Source: an uncultured Thermoleophilia bacterium (GTDB lineage: Bacteria; Actinomycetota; Thermoleophilia; UBA2241). From it: a stretch of 64,000 bases of DNA. The number at the start of each line of letters is the position of its first letter. The first letter of the stretch is position 1. Location: contig CAVQSP010000020.1 in NCBI GenBank assembly GCA_963715985.1, positions 96,001 through 160,000 of the forward strand, read 5' to 3'. This document shows positions 38,136 to 49,990 of the stretch, in pieces. The notes beneath the pieces were generated by a model that was given only the letters and a program-made list of their open reading frames with translations, searched no databases and had not been told where the DNA came from. Position numbers and translations under genes: made by a program.

Positions 38136-39401
38136 CAGGCGTCCTTTCCCAGACGGGTGCGCACGAGCGCCGCCAAGCCGGCGGCGGGCACGTCCTCTTC
38201 CCCGCCGCCGTCCATGGCGCGCAGGCGGACGGTGTCGGAGCCGAGCTCCTCGAGGCCGCACAGCGCGGCGAATGCGGCGCCGCTGCGGCCGGCCTGCTTG
38301 AGCTGGCCCTTGGGGCTGCGCCCGGCCAGGTCCAGCTCGGCGGAGAGACCGGCGCCGCGCAGCTGCTGGGCGAGGCCGAAGGCGGCCGGCCGGGCCTCGT
38401 CGGTGAAGCTCACCACGAAGACGTCCGGGGCGCTCTGCGGCAGAGCCTGTTCGCGCATCGCCAGGGTGATGCGCTCGAGCCCGCTGCCCCAGCCCACGCC
38501 CGGCGTTGCCGCCCCGCCGATCATCTCGACGAGGCCGTCGTAGCGGCCGCCGCCGCCGACGCCGCTCTGGGCGCCGAGGCGGTCGGAGTTGAACTCGAAC
38601 GTGGTGCGTGTGTAGTAGTCCAGGCCACGCACCAGGCGGTAGTCGAGGCGGGGCTCGAGCCCGGCCGCCTGCACCAGCGCCAGCACGGTGTCGAAGTGCT
38701 CGCGGCAGTCCGCGCAGAGGTGGTCGCCGATGCGCGGGGCATCGTCCAGCACCGCGCGGCAGCTCGTCGACCTTGCAGTCGAACGTGCGCAGCGGGTTGA
38801 GCTCGACGCGCTCCAGACAGTCGCCGCACAGCTCGCCCTCGCGCCCGTGCAGGTACCCGCGCAGCTTCTCCACGTAGGCCGGCCGGCAGGCGGGATCGCC
38901 CATGCTGTTCATGTTGAGGGTGACGCCCTCCACGCCGAGCTCCGCGAAGATGGCGGCCAGCAGCGCGATGACCTCAGCGTCAACGGCGGGATCCGCCGAG
39001 CCGATGGCCTCCGCGCCGATCTGGTAGTGCTCCCTGTAGCGGCCGGCCTGCGGCTTCTCGTAGCGGAACATCGGGCAGTAGTACCAGACCTTGACCGGCT
39101 GCGGCCACTTGTGCAGGCCGTGCTCCACGTAGGCGCGGCAGATAGGCGCCGTGCCCTCCGGGCGCAGGGTCAGCGAGCGCTCGCCCTTGTCGACGAAGGT
39201 GTACATCTCCTTGCGGACGATGTCCGTGGCCTCGCCCACGCCGCGCTCGAAGAGACCCGTCTCCTCGAACTCGGGCGTGACCATGTGGCGGTAGCCGTAC
39301 GCGGCGAAGACGCGCGCCGCCGTGGCCACCACGGCGTCCCGACGGGCCGCCTCGTCCGGCAGCAGGTCGTACGTGCCCTTGGGGGCGCGCGGGCCGTTCA
39401 C
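38135..39401 (-). CDS. hisS: Histidine--tRNA ligase (frameshift near 38760)
   Basis: PKGTYD, LRPEGTA, FRYEKPQAGRYR, LVRGLDYY, GGGRYD, GLER. Confidence 0.96.
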
Positions 39402-40048
39402 CAGCGGTGCTCGGGGTCGTAGCGCAGCGGCGAGAGGAACGGGTTGAGGGCGAGCTCGCGGCCGAGCGAGGTGTCCGGCCCGTGTCCGCAGTGCACGGTG
39501 GCGTCCGGCGGGAAGCGCCGCACCAGCGTGGCCACGGAGTTGAGCAGCTGGTCCATGTCGCCGCCGGGGAGGTCTGTGCGGCCCACACTGTTCTGGAAGA
39601 GCAGGTCGCCGACGAACAGCTGGTCCTGGCCGAGCGCGAACGTGTACGAGCCGCGAGAATGGCCGGGCGTGGGCACGGCGAGCACCTCGAAGGGCAGGTC
39701 CAGGGTCTGTTCGCCGTCCAGCGTGACGGCATCCTTGACGGGCTCGATGTCGAAGCCCGCCATGGAACCGAGGCGGTTGTCGGCCATCTCGCCGGCGTCG
39801 GCCGCGCCCACGTACACGGGGATGTCGAAGTGAGCGGCAACAGGAGCTACCCCGCCGAAGTGGTCGAAGTGGCCGTGCGTCACCAGCACCGCCGCCGGCG
39901 CGAAGCCGAACTCGGTGAACGCGTCGATGACGATGCGGGCCTCGTCGCCGGGGTCGATGACGAGGCCGGTCTGGTCGTTGACGACGATGAAGCAGTTGGC
40001 CTGCAGCGGCCCGAGCGGGAGTGCGAAGACGTCTACGGGGTCGGACAT
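39398..40048 (-). CDS. MBL-fold metallo-hydrolase (glyoxalase II-like)
   Basis: THGHFDH, TPGHS, GDLLF, GRTDLPGG, GHG. Confidence 0.92.
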   Translation of the reverse strand: MSDPVDVFALPLGPLQANCFIVVNDQTGLVIDPGDEARIVIDAFTEFGFAPAAVLVTHGHFDHFGGVAPVAAHFDIPVYVGAADAGEMADNRLGSMAGFDIEPVKDAVTLDGEQTLDLPFEVLAVPTPGHSRGSYTFALGQDQLFVGDLLFQNSVGRTDLPGGDMDQLLNSVATLVRRFPPDATVHCGHGPDTSLGRELALNPFLSPLRYDPEHRW

Positions 40049-40165
40049 GCTACCTCGGCTGGTCGGGGTCCGCGCGACAGGGTATCAGACCGCCGCCGAC
40101 AGGGTCGACCGTGGCGGCCCGCGCGGGGAGCGCGCGGCGGCGGCGCAGCCGGCCTGCCCGCGCCC

Positions 40166-42415
40166 TCAGGTGCCGACCACGCGGTAGGCGTCGTACACGG
40201 TATGGATGCTGCGGATGTTGGCGAGGATGTTGTCCAGCTGGCGCACGTCACCCACTTCGAGCGTGAAGCGGTCGCGGACCACGCCGTCGGGCAGCGTCTG
40301 TACAGCGCCGCCGACGATGTTGGCACCCGAGTCCGAGAGCGTGCGCGCGAGATCCTCCAGGAGGTGGTTGCGGTCCAGCGCTTCCACCATGATCTCCACG
40401 CGGAACGCCATGCCGCTGAGGCCGTGCCAATCGACGTTGGTGAAGCGCTCCGGGTTCTTCATGAGGGCGCGCGCGTTCTTGCAGTCGTCGCGGTGGATGG
40501 TGATGCCCTTGCCGAGCGAGATGTAGCCGACGATGTCGTCGCCGGGGATGGGCTTGCAGCACTTGGCCATGCGCACCATGATGTCGCTCATGCCCTCGAC
40601 GGCGATCCCGAACGCGCCCGAGAGGGCCTGCGGCTCGTCGGTGTCGTGCGCAGGCCTGGTGGGCAGCATGGCCGGGGGCGGCGTGGCCTCCTTCATGGTG
40701 CCCGACGCCTGCATGACCTTGTTGGCCACGGTCTTCACCGGCACGCGGCCGGAGCCGATCGCCAGGTAGAGGTCGTCGGGCTTGGCGAAGCCGATCTCCT
40801 TGCAGATCTGCGTGAACACCTTGGAGGCGAGGATCTTCTGCGCCGGCAGGCCCTCGCGGCGCAGCACCTCCTGGAGCAGGTCGCGGCCCGAGTGCTCGCT
40901 GTCCTCGCGCTGCTCACGGCGGAAGTGCTGGCGGATCTTCTGGCGCGCCCGCGGCGAGTGCACGATGTCCAGCCAATCGCGCGATGGACCGTGGCTGGAC
41001 TTGCTGGTGATGACCTCGATGATGTCGCCGCTGCTCAGCTCCGTGTGCAGCGGCACGATGCGGCCGTTGACCTTGGCACCCACCGTGTGATTGCCCACGT
41101 CCGTGTGCACGGCGTAGGCGAAGTCGATGGGCGTGCTGCCGGCGGCCAGGCTCTTGACGTCGCCCTTGGGCGTGAAGACGAAGACCTCGTCCTCGAAGAG
41201 GTCCACGCGCAGCGTGTCCATGAACTCGCGAGGGTCGCCGGTCTCTGACTGCCATTCCATCATCTGATGCAGCCAGGAGAGCTTGTCGGTGTCCCGCTCG
41301 CCGCGCTCCTTGTAGAGCCAGTGCGCGGCCACGCCGAACTCAGCCGTCTGGTGCATGTCGAAGGTGCGGATCTGGATCTCCAGCGGCTTGCCTCCCGGCC
41401 CGATGACCGTGGTGTGCAGCGACTGGTACATGTTGAACTTGGGCATCGCGATGTAGTCCTTGAAGCGCCCGGGGATGGGCTTCCACACCGAGTGGATGAT
41501 GCCGACCGCGCCGTAGCAGTCCTTGATGGAGTCGACCTGCACGCGCAGGCCGGTGAGGTCGAAGATCTCGTTGAACTCCTTGCCGCCCCTGCTCATCTTC
41601 GTGTAGATGGAGTAGAAGTGCTTGGCGCGGCCGCTGATGTCGGCCTCGATGCCGGCCTCCGTGAGAGCCGTGCGCAAGTACCCGGCCGCCTCGTCCACGT
41701 AGTCCTCACGGTCCGCACGTCGCTGCGCCACCCACTTCTGGATCTCCTGGTACTTGCGCGGGTGCAGGGTGGCGAACGAGAGGTCCTCGAGCTGCCACTT
41801 CATGTTGTGGATACCGAGGCGGTGAGCCAGCGGCGCGTAGACCTCGAGCGTCTCCTTGGCCTTCTGGATCTGCTTCTGCTTGCTGAGGTAGCACAAGGTG
41901 TGCATGTTGTGGAGGCGGTCGCAGAGCTTGATGAGGATGACGCGGATGTCCGTCGCCATGGCGATGATCATCTTGCGGTAGTTCTCGGCCTGCTCCTCCT
42001 CCTGGGAGGTGAAGTGCATCTTGGTGAGCTTGGTGACGCCGTCCACCAGCATGGCGATCTCGTCGCCGAACTCGTCGGCCACCCAGCCGAGCGAGGTGCC
42101 GGTGTCTTCGACCACGTCGTGCAGGAGCGCGGCCGCGATGGTGACGGAGTCGAGCTTGAGCTCCGCGGCGTTGAGAGCAGTCCCCACGGGGTGGTGGATG
42201 TAGGCCTCGCCGCTCTTGCGGCTCTGCTCGCCGTGCAGGATGCAGGCGGCGACGAATGCCCGCGTGATGAGGTCGCGGTCGGCGTCGTGGTTGTACCGCG
42301 CGATGGCCGCGAACAGGTCGTCGAGCAGCGGCCGGTACTTCTCCGGGACGTCGGTCAGATCGCTGCCGTGAGGCAGGTCTGAAGATAGCTGCTTGTCCGA
42401 AACAGGCTGTGCCAT
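40166..42415 (-). CDS. relA: Bifunctional (p)ppGpp synthetase/hydrolase Rel
   Basis: HD motif LHDVVED, YQSLHT, EIQIRT, TGS, CC and ACT domains. Confidence 0.97.
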   Translation of the reverse strand: MAQPVSDKQLSSDLPHGSDLTDVPEKYRPLLDDLFAAIARYNHDADRDLITRAFVAACILHGEQSRKSGEAYIHHPVGTALNAAELKLDSVTIAAALLHDVVEDTGTSLGWVADEFGDEIAMLVDGVTKLTKMHFTSQEEEQAENYRKMIIAMATDIRVILIKLCDRLHNMHTLCYLSKQKQIQKAKETLEVYAPLAHRLGIHNMKWQLEDLSFATLHPRKYQEIQKWVAQRRADREDYVDEAAGYLRTALTEAGIEADISGRAKHFYSIYTKMSRGGKEFNEIFDLTGLRVQVDSIKDCYGAVGIIHSVWKPIPGRFKDYIAMPKFNMYQSLHTTVIGPGGKPLEIQIRTFDMHQTAEFGVAAHWLYKERGERDTDKLSWLHQMMEWQSETGDPREFMDTLRVDLFEDEVFVFTPKGDVKSLAAGSTPIDFAYAVHTDVGNHTVGAKVNGRIVPLHTELSSGDIIEVITSKSSHGPSRDWLDIVHSPRARQKIRQHFRREQREDSEHSGRDLLQEVLRREGLPAQKILASKVFTQICKEIGFAKPDDLYLAIGSGRVPVKTVANKVMQASGTMKEATPPPAMLPTRPAHDTDEPQALSGAFGIAVEGMSDIMVRMAKCCKPIPGDDIVGYISLGKGITIHRDDCKNARALMKNPERFTNVDWHGLSGMAFRVEIMVEALDRNHLLEDLARTLSDSGANIVGGAVQTLPDGVVRDRFTLEVGDVRQLDNILANIRSIHTVYDAYRVVGT

Positions 42416-44914
42416 GAGCTGAAACTCGCCGTGCGCGAGACGTCGACCTTATCCTGCGGGCGCTCGAGATGGTAGCCGCGCGACCCGTCGGTGCGCAGGA
42501 GGCCGGCCTCGCGCAGCGCCCGCAGGGCGGCGGCGCGCGCGCCGGCTGCACGCAGGAACGGCTCACCTCGGAGAAGTTCCTGTTCCAGCGCCTCGTCAAA
42601 CCCGCCGGCGGCGGCGCTCAGGCTGCGCCACACTCGCCGCATGACCGCGTCCAGTTCGAGCTCGGCGCCGGCGACCCTGGCGGCGAAGCCGGCCTCCTCC
42701 CTGCCCCACAGGCCGTGAAGCCAGGCTTGCGGCGCCGCCGCGGCCACCGCCGCCAGCAGGCGGCGGGTGAACGGCGGGTCCAGGAGAACGACGTGCGCGA
42801 AGGCCGCCGCCAGCTGCGGCCGCGCGGCCACCACGTCGTAGGCGGCCAGCACCACGTCCGGGCCGCTCAGCAGACCCTCGAGCCGGCCTGCGCAGGCCGC
42901 CTGCACATAGGCGGCGCGGCGGCCGAGCTGAGGGGAGAGCACGTCCCGGGTGAGCAAAGGCCGGCGGCGGGCCACGTCGGCGCTGAGCACGAGCACGCGC
43001 TCCCCGCCTGCGGCAAGCGCTGCCAGCGCGGCCGCCGCAGGACGGCCGCGGCGGTCCAGCAGGCGGCCGTCGCGGCGCGCCTCCTGCAGCGCCTCCGCGG
43101 CCTCCTCGGGGGCCGCCCAGCCGGGCCCGTCGAGCAGCTCCTCCCAGAGCAGCGCCCCGCTGAGCCGGTCCGGGCAGGAGAGGTCGCACGCCGTGGCGCA
43201 GAGATCGCCCTCCGCAGCTTCCAGGTGGTGCAGGCCCTTGACCTGCACCTGCGCCGTCACCGCGCCCCTGAACTCGTTCTTGGAGAGGTGCAGCGGCACA
43301 TCGTACCTGCCCTCACGCACGAGCTCCGAGAGGCCGTTGAAATTGAAGTGGATGGCCTGGCACGAGGCGCCGTCGCAGCGCACGCGGCACTGCAGGTGCC
43401 GACCGTCGCGCGTGAGCTTGGGATCGAGGACCTCCGCGTTGTGCAGGAGCAGGGTCACCCGGCTGTTGCCGGGCCCGTGCGGCGCCAGGAGCTCGAGCTC
43501 GTCGGCGAGCTGGAGACTGAGCTCGTCGCCGGCCACGAGAGCGTCGACGCCGCGCGTGCGCACGAAGTCGTCGGGCTGTGAGCGCGGCGGCGGCGCGAGC
43601 CACGAACGCATCGCGAAACGCCGGGATGTGCTCGGCGCGCAGACGCAACCCGCAGGCGGCACGGTGCCCGCCGAACGTGATGAGGTGCGCGGCGCTCTGC
43701 TCCACGGCGCCGAGCAGGTCGAAGGCCGGGATGCTGCGCCCCGACCCCTTGGCCTCGCCGTCGCCCTCGCTGAGGAGGATGGTGGGCCGGTTGAACCGCT
43801 CGACGACCCGCGACGCCACGATGCCCACGACACCCTCGTGCCAGCCCTTCGACGAGAGCACGAGCGCCGGTGGCGGGGGGTCCGGCACCATCTTGCAGGC
43901 CTCCGCGAAGATGGCGCCCTCCAGCTCCTGCCGCTCACGGTTGAGCTCGTCCAGCCGCAGGGCGACCGGCAGCGCGGTCTCGCGGTCGGGAGCGCCGAGC
44001 AACTCGAGCGCCTGCGACGCGTCCTCGAGCCGGCCTGCCGCGTTGAGACGCGGAGCCAGCCTGAACCCGACGGTGCCGGCGTCGACGCCGTCGGCGCGAA
44101 CGCCGGCCACCTCCATGAGCGCCGCCAGACCCGGGCGCGGGGCGCTGCGCAGGCGCCCGAGCCCGATGCTCACGAGCACGCGGTTCTCGCCGGTGAGCGG
44201 GACGATGTCGGCGACAGTGCCGATGGCCACCACGTCGGTGAGGGCCCGCAGAGCCAGCGGGACCTCCGTCAAGGGCGCGTCCGGCACCGGGGCGGCCAGC
44301 AACGCGTGAGCGAGCTTGAAGGCGACGCCGACCCCGGCGAGCGGCGGGTACGGATAGCCCGGCAGCTTGGGGGTGACCACGACGCAGTCCGGCAGCTCGC
44401 CCTCGATCTCGTGGTGGTCGGTGACGATGACGTCCATCCCCAGCTCGACGGCGCGCCCGACCTCGTCGCGCGCGTTGATGCCGCAGTCCACGGTAACGAG
44501 CAGCTTGACGCCGTGGCCGGCAAGCTCCTCGACCGCGGCAGCGGACACCCCGTAACCCTCGCTGAAGCGGTTGGGCAGGTGCCAGCGCACGTCGGCCCCC
44601 ATCCCCTCAAGGACGCTCACCAGCAGGAAGGTGGCGGTGATGCCATCGGCATCGTAGTCGCCGTGCACGGCGATGGGCTCGTCGTGCCGGAGGGCGTAGT
44701 CGATGCGATCTCGCGCCTCGGACATGCCGGCCATCAGGTACGGGTCGTGTACGCGGTAGTCCGGGTGAAGGAAGGCCCGAGCCTCCGCTGGGTCGGTGTG
44801 GCCGCGGCGCGCAAGCACCTGCGCCATCACCTCGCTCACGCCGAGCTCGGCACGCAACCTGCGCACGTCCGCGTAGGACGCGGGCGGGATGCTCCAGGAG
44901 CCCGGATCGGTCAC
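42355..44914 (-). CDS. recJ: ssDNA exonuclease RecJ with long C-terminal extension (frameshift near 43580)
   Basis: GDYDADG, TVDCG, TDHH, APRLNAAGR, GSGRS, GGH. Confidence 0.92.
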
Positions 44915-44999
44915 GTAGACATCACGTCGCGAGTGTACCGCGCCGCGGCGACAGACGCGCCGGCGGGCAGCGCGGGGTGCGGAAGGACGGCGGGACCGC

Positions 45000-45794
45000 T
45001 CAGACGGCGGGAGGTGCTTCGTCCGCCGAGGAATCAGTCGCGGCCGGGCCGGTCGCCGGCTCAGCAGGCGGGTCCACGGCATCCGCGGCTGCCTCCCGCG
45101 CCTCGGCGGCCACGTCCTGCGCCTCCGCAGCAGGAGCTCCACCGGGGGCGGGCGTCACCGAGGTGACCGCCGTCACCTCATCGGGCGCCGTGGGAACGTC
45201 CGCGGCGGGCACATCCGGCGCCTCGGCCTCGGCCTCGGCAGCCTCGCCGGCCGCGGCAAACCCGGCCTCGTCCGCCGCGGCCTCGGCGCCATCGGGGTCA
45301 GCGGGTGCAGAGGCTTGCACCACGTCGGGCGACATCCCCGCCACAGAGGCCTCCTCCGGCGTCGCGTCGGCGGAGGCGTCCGAGGCCGCCGCGGCCGGGA
45401 CCACCGAGGTGATCGCGGTCTGGTCGCCGGCCGAGTCCGCGACGACGGTGGAGTCGGTCGAACCGGAGGCGGCCACGACGGTGGAGTCGATCGCGGGTGC
45501 GGCGACGGCACTGGCGGCGACCGCCGTCTCGGCCGCGCGCAAGCGCTCGTAGGTGCTCGAGAGCTCGTTCTCGAGCTTGTGCTGTGCAGCCACCGCTCCC
45601 GACCGTGCCAGGGTGGCGGCGGCGATCCCGGTGGCCAGCACGACGGCCGCCAGCGCCACGGCCAGCCAGAACAGGGAGATCCCGGTCCACGTGACGGCGA
45701 GGAAGTCGAGGTCGAACGTCACGGCGTGGTTGACCGCCCCGATGGCGACGAGGACGAGGGCGACGATGACGAGGATGATGAGGGCGTGGCGCAC
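45000..45794 (-). CDS. Two-TM membrane protein (LapA-like) with acidic Ala-rich disordered tail
   Basis: Two hydrophobic helices, coiled coil, A/E/P-rich tail; RBS GGAGG. Confidence 0.55.
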   Translation of the reverse strand: MRHALIILVIVALVLVAIGAVNHAVTFDLDFLAVTWTGISLFWLAVALAAVVLATGIAAATLARSGAVAAQHKLENELSSTYERLRAAETAVAASAVAAPAIDSTVVAASGSTDSTVVADSAGDQTAITSVVPAAAASDASADATPEEASVAGMSPDVVQASAPADPDGAEAAADEAGFAAAGEAAEAEAEAPDVPAADVPTAPDEVTAVTSVTPAPGGAPAAEAQDVAAEAREAAADAVDPPAEPATGPAATDSSADEAPPAV

Positions 45795-45859
45795 GACGTG
45801 ACCTCCCGGACGGCGGCTGTCGCGAGCGAGTATAGCAGCGCCCCGGCGCCCGGGCGGCG

Positions 45860-46801
45860 CTAGAGCTTCTCGATCTGCGCGTCCTCGCGAGCCTGCACGA
45901 GCCACTTGGCCAGCGCCGCCGAGCGCATCTCCCCGTCGAGTCCTTTCTGGATCTGGTCGCGCGCGTCCGCGAACGACACCACCGTGGCCGCCTGGCGCGC
46001 CAACAGCTTGAAGACCCACACGCCGCCGGGACCGGCCGTGGGCGGCGAGACGTCACCTGCGTTCAGCTTGGCTACGGCCTTGCGAAGCGGAGCCGGGAGT
46101 GCGATAGGCGCCATCCACCCCATCGCACCGGCGCTGGCCTTCAGCTCGGGGTCGACGGAGAACTGGCGCGCGACCTCACCAAACGGGCGGCCCTGTTCGA
46201 GCCGTTTGATCGCGTTGCCGGCGATGCCTTCGTTACGGACGACGAAGGCGCCCAGCTTCACCGCCTCAGCCCGTGTGAACAGCTTCTCGCGGTTGCGGTC
46301 GTAGAAGGCGCGCACGGCGCCCGCACCGGCCGCCACTTCGGGGAAGCGGGCGTTCTGCACAGCCTCGCGCAGCACGCCCTGGGCGAGGCTGGTGCGCAGC
46401 TGCTCCAGCGTCATGTCCGTCTTCTCGAGGGCGGCGTCCAGAGCCGCCTGGCCGCCGAGCTGGTCCTTGACGGCGGCCAGCCTGCGCTGCACCTCGGCTG
46501 TGTCCGTGGTGAGCCCGAGGCGCTCGGCCTCGGCGCTCACGAGGGCGCCGTCGATGGCCGTCTTCATGGCCTTCGCGGCGCTGTCCGGCTTGCCGACCAG
46601 GCGGGCCTCAGCGCGCGCCAGATCGACGTCGCTCTGCCGGATGTCGCGCCCGTCGACGCGCGCCACGACGCGATCGGCAGCCGCGCTCGGCGACGCAGAC
46701 GGCTGCGGACCACTACTGCCGCCGCCGCACGCAGCCGCGACGGCGGCGATCAGAAGACAGAGCGCCGCGACGGCTGTGAGCTTGAGCGAGAGGCACCTCA
46801 T
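45860..46801 (-). CDS. PrsA/SurA-like peptidyl-prolyl isomerase lipoprotein
   Basis: Lipobox VAAAC, VVARVDG..I, F.EVARQFSVD, GAMGW, GDVSPP. Confidence 0.85.
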   Translation of the reverse strand: MRCLSLKLTAVAALCLLIAAVAAACGGGSSGPQPSASPSAAADRVVARVDGRDIRQSDVDLARAEARLVGKPDSAAKAMKTAIDGALVSAEAERLGLTTDTAEVQRRLAAVKDQLGGQAALDAALEKTDMTLEQLRTSLAQGVLREAVQNARFPEVAAGAGAVRAFYDRNREKLFTRAEAVKLGAFVVRNEGIAGNAIKRLEQGRPFGEVARQFSVDPELKASAGAMGWMAPIALPAPLRKAVAKLNAGDVSPPTAGPGGVWVFKLLARQAATVVSFADARDQIQKGLDGEMRSAALAKWLVQAREDAQIEKL

Positions 46802-46861
46802 GGACGTGAGACGGGACGGGACCGCGAGGCGTGCGGTGCGTGGCTCGCACCACGCCACGGA

Positions 46862-47911
46862 TCAGGCCGGGGCATCTCCGCCGTCGGGCCGGAACGGCTC
46901 GGACGCCACCGAACGCTCGCCGCCCGTGAACCGCGCCGGGAAGTAGCAGGCGACCTCGTGCGGCTCGCCGGCGTCGCCGCCGGTGCTGCTCAGCTGTGGC
47001 ATGGCGGTGACGCAGACCTCCTGGGCGCGCGGGCAGCGCGGATGGAAGACGCACCCCTTGGGCGGGTTGGCCGGACTCGGTACGTCGCCCTCGAGGATGA
47101 TGCGCCGCCGCGCCCGCTCCGTGTGCGGGTCCGGGATCGGCACCGCCGAGAGCAGCGCCTCGGTGTAAGGATGCTGCGGGAAGTCGTACAGCAGCTTGCT
47201 GTCCGAGATCTCCACGACCTTGCCCAGGTACATCACGGCCACGCGGTCGGAGATGTGCTTGACCACGGAGAGGTCGTGGGCGATGAACACGTAGGTGAGG
47301 TCGAGCTCGTCCTGCAGGTCCTCGAGCAGGTTGATGACCTGGGCGCGGATGGACACGTCGAGGGCGCTGACGGGCTCGTCGCAGATGATGAGCTTGGGGT
47401 TGAGCGCCAGGGCGCGGGCGATGCCGATGCGCTGGCGCTGGCCGCCGGAGAACTCGTGCGGATAGCGGTCGGCGTGCTCGGTGCTGAGGCCCACCGTCTC
47501 GAGCAGTTCGAACACGCGCGCTCTGCGCTCTGCCTTCGTGCCGATGTCGTGGATCTTGAGTGACTCGCCGACGATGTCGCGCACGCGCATGCGCGGGTTC
47601 AGCGAGGCGTACGGGTCCTGGAAGATGATCTGCATGTCGCGGCGCAGCTTCTGCATGTCGCCCGACGACGCCTTCATCACGTCGATGTCCTCGAACACCA
47701 CGGACCCCGAGGTGGCCTCGATGAGGCGCAGTACGGCCCGGCCGGTGGTGGACTTGCCGCAGCCGCTCTCGCCCACGAGCCCGAGCGTCTCGCCCTTCTC
47801 CACGGAGAAGCTGATCCCGTCCACCGCGTACACCGTGCCGGTGGTGCGCTTGAGGATGCCCGACTTGATGGGGAAGTGCTTCTTGAGGTCGCGTACCTCG
47901 AGCAGGCTCAC
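46862..47911 (-). CDS. oppF: Oligopeptide ABC ATPase (OppF/DppF)
   Basis: [31 protein letters not shown]. Confidence 0.92.
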   Translation of the reverse strand: MSLLEVRDLKKHFPIKSGILKRTTGTVYAVDGISFSVEKGETLGLVGESGCGKSTTGRAVLRLIEATSGSVVFEDIDVMKASSGDMQKLRRDMQIIFQDPYASLNPRMRVRDIVGESLKIHDIGTKAERRARVFELLETVGLSTEHADRYPHEFSGGQRQRIGIARALALNPKLIICDEPVSALDVSIRAQVINLLEDLQDELDLTYVFIAHDLSVVKHISDRVAVMYLGKVVEISDSKLLYDFPQHPYTEALLSAVPIPDPHTERARRRIILEGDVPSPANPPKGCVFHPRCPRAQEVCVTAMPQLSSTGGDAGEPHEVACYFPARFTGGERSVASEPFRPDGGDAPA

Positions 47912-48934
47912 GAGGCGGCCTCCTCGAAGTGCGGCAGGGTGGCGCGTTTGGCCAGCCGCTCGTCCAGCGGGATCCAGCAGTTGACGCCGTGCTCCGGGCC
48001 CACGATCTCGAGCTCCGGCCAGGCGTCGCGACACTCGGGGCGCTCGTAGGCGCAGCGGCCGACGAACGGGCACCCGGCGGGCAGGGCGATGAGGTCCGGC
48101 GGCTGCCCCTTGATGGGCGTGAGCCGCGTCTTCTCGACGAGGTCCAGACGCGGCAGCGAGCCCAGCAGCCCCCACGTGTAGGGATGGTGCGGGTTGTAGT
48201 AGATCTCGTCCACGGGCCCGTACTCCACCGTGCGCCCGCCGTACATCACCATGACCTTGTCGGCGATCTCGGCGACCACACCGAGGTCGTGCGTGATGGC
48301 GATGACGCCGCTCTCGTAGCGCTCCTGCATCTCGCGGATGACGTCGATGATCTGCGCCTGGATGGTGACGTCGAGCGCCGTGGTGGGCTCGTCGGCGATG
48401 AGGATGTCCGGGTTGCAGCTGATCGCCATGGCGATCATGGCGCGCTGGCGCATGCCGCCGGAGAACTCGAAGGGATACTGGTTGACGCGCTTCTCGGCGT
48501 CGGGGATGCCCACCCTGTCCAGCAGCTGCGCGGCCAGCTGCCACGCCTCGCCCTTGCTCTTGTCCTGGTGCAGCATGATCGCCTCGGCGATCTGGCTGCC
48601 GATCTTGAGCACGGGGTTGAGGCTCGTCATGGGGTCCTGGAAGATCATCGCGATGTCGTTGCCGCGCACCTGCCGCATCTCGTCGTCACTGATCTGGCGC
48701 AGATCGCGGCCGCCCAGGTCGATGACACCGTCCACGACCTTGCCGGGAGGGTCGGGGATGAGGCGCATGATCGACAGGGCGGCCACCGTCTTGCCCGACC
48801 CGGACTCGCCGACGATGCCCAGGGTCTCCTTGCGGTCGCAGCGTGAAGCTCACGCCGTTGACCGCCTTGACCACGCCGGCGTAGGTGAAGAAGTGAGTCG
48901 AGAGACCGTCGACCGTGAGCAGACGTTCCGCCAT
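47908..48934 (-). CDS. oppD: Oligopeptide ABC ATPase (OppD/DppD; frameshift near 48835)
   Basis: [27 protein letters not shown]. Confidence 0.92.
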
Positions 48935-48936
48935 GC

Positions 48937-49987
48937 CTATTCCTTGAGCTTGGGGTCGGTGGCGTCGCGCAGGCCGTTGCCGAACGAGATGAAGCCGAAC
49001 ACCGTGACCGTCAGGGCGATACTGGGGAACGTGAGCATCCACCAGCTGCCGGCCCAGAAGTAGCTGAGGTAGTCGGCGATCATCTTGCCCCACGAGGCGT
49101 TGGGCGGCTGGATGCCGATGCCCAGGTAGCTCAGGGCGGCTTCGGTGACGATGGCGCCGCCCACGCCCATGGCGATGGCCACGTAGACGGGCGCCATGGT
49201 GTTGGGCAGCACGTGCCTGAAGATGACGCGCAGGTCGCTGGCGCCCTGGGCGCGCGCCGCCTCCACGAACTCCATCGACTTGACGCTGAGCACCGAGCCG
49301 CGGTTGAGGCGTGCGTAGCTGGCCCACCCGAGCACGCCGATGGCGATGAAGACGTTGCACGAAACCGGGGCCCAGCACAACCATGATGAGCAGCACGAAC
49401 AGGATGTAGGGGAAGGCGAAGAAGACATCGGCCGTGCGCATGATGACGGAGTCCACCCACCCCCCGTAGTAGCCGGAGATCGGGCCTAGGATGAGGCCGA
49501 TGATGAGCGCGATGGCCACGGCGATGACGCCGACGAGCATCGAGATGCGCGTCGCCACCAGCGTGCGCGAGAACACATCGCGGCCCAGGTAGTCGGTGCC
49601 GAAGAGGTGTGACCACGTGGGCGGCGAGCCGCGGCCCTGAGGAGAGAGCTCGTAGTTGACCTCGTTGGGCGGGTACGGCGCGAGGTAGCCCTGGGGGGTG
49701 AAGACGGCGATCTCCTCGATCACGCCGATGACGATGAAGATGGTGATGATGAACAGTCCGACCACGGCCAGCTTGTTGCGGCGCAGGCGGCGCCAGGTGT
49801 CGCCCCAGAGGCCGAGCGGCTTGCGCCCCGCCTTGCCGTGCTGCTCGTGCAGACTCTCGTAGCCCTCGGCGGCGACTTCGGCGGACGTGCGCCCGTCGAC
49901 GCCCTGCACGGACGTCGTGATACTCGTGCCCATGTCGTCGCGCTCCGGAGAGCCCGGGGGCCGCTGCTCGAAGTGACTGTCGGCCAC
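48937..49987 (-). CDS. oppC: Oligopeptide ABC permease (OppC; frameshift near 49360)
   Basis: HLFGTDYLGRD, EAARAQGA, HVLPN, GNGLRDATDP. Confidence 0.92.
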
Positions 49988-49990
49988 GGC

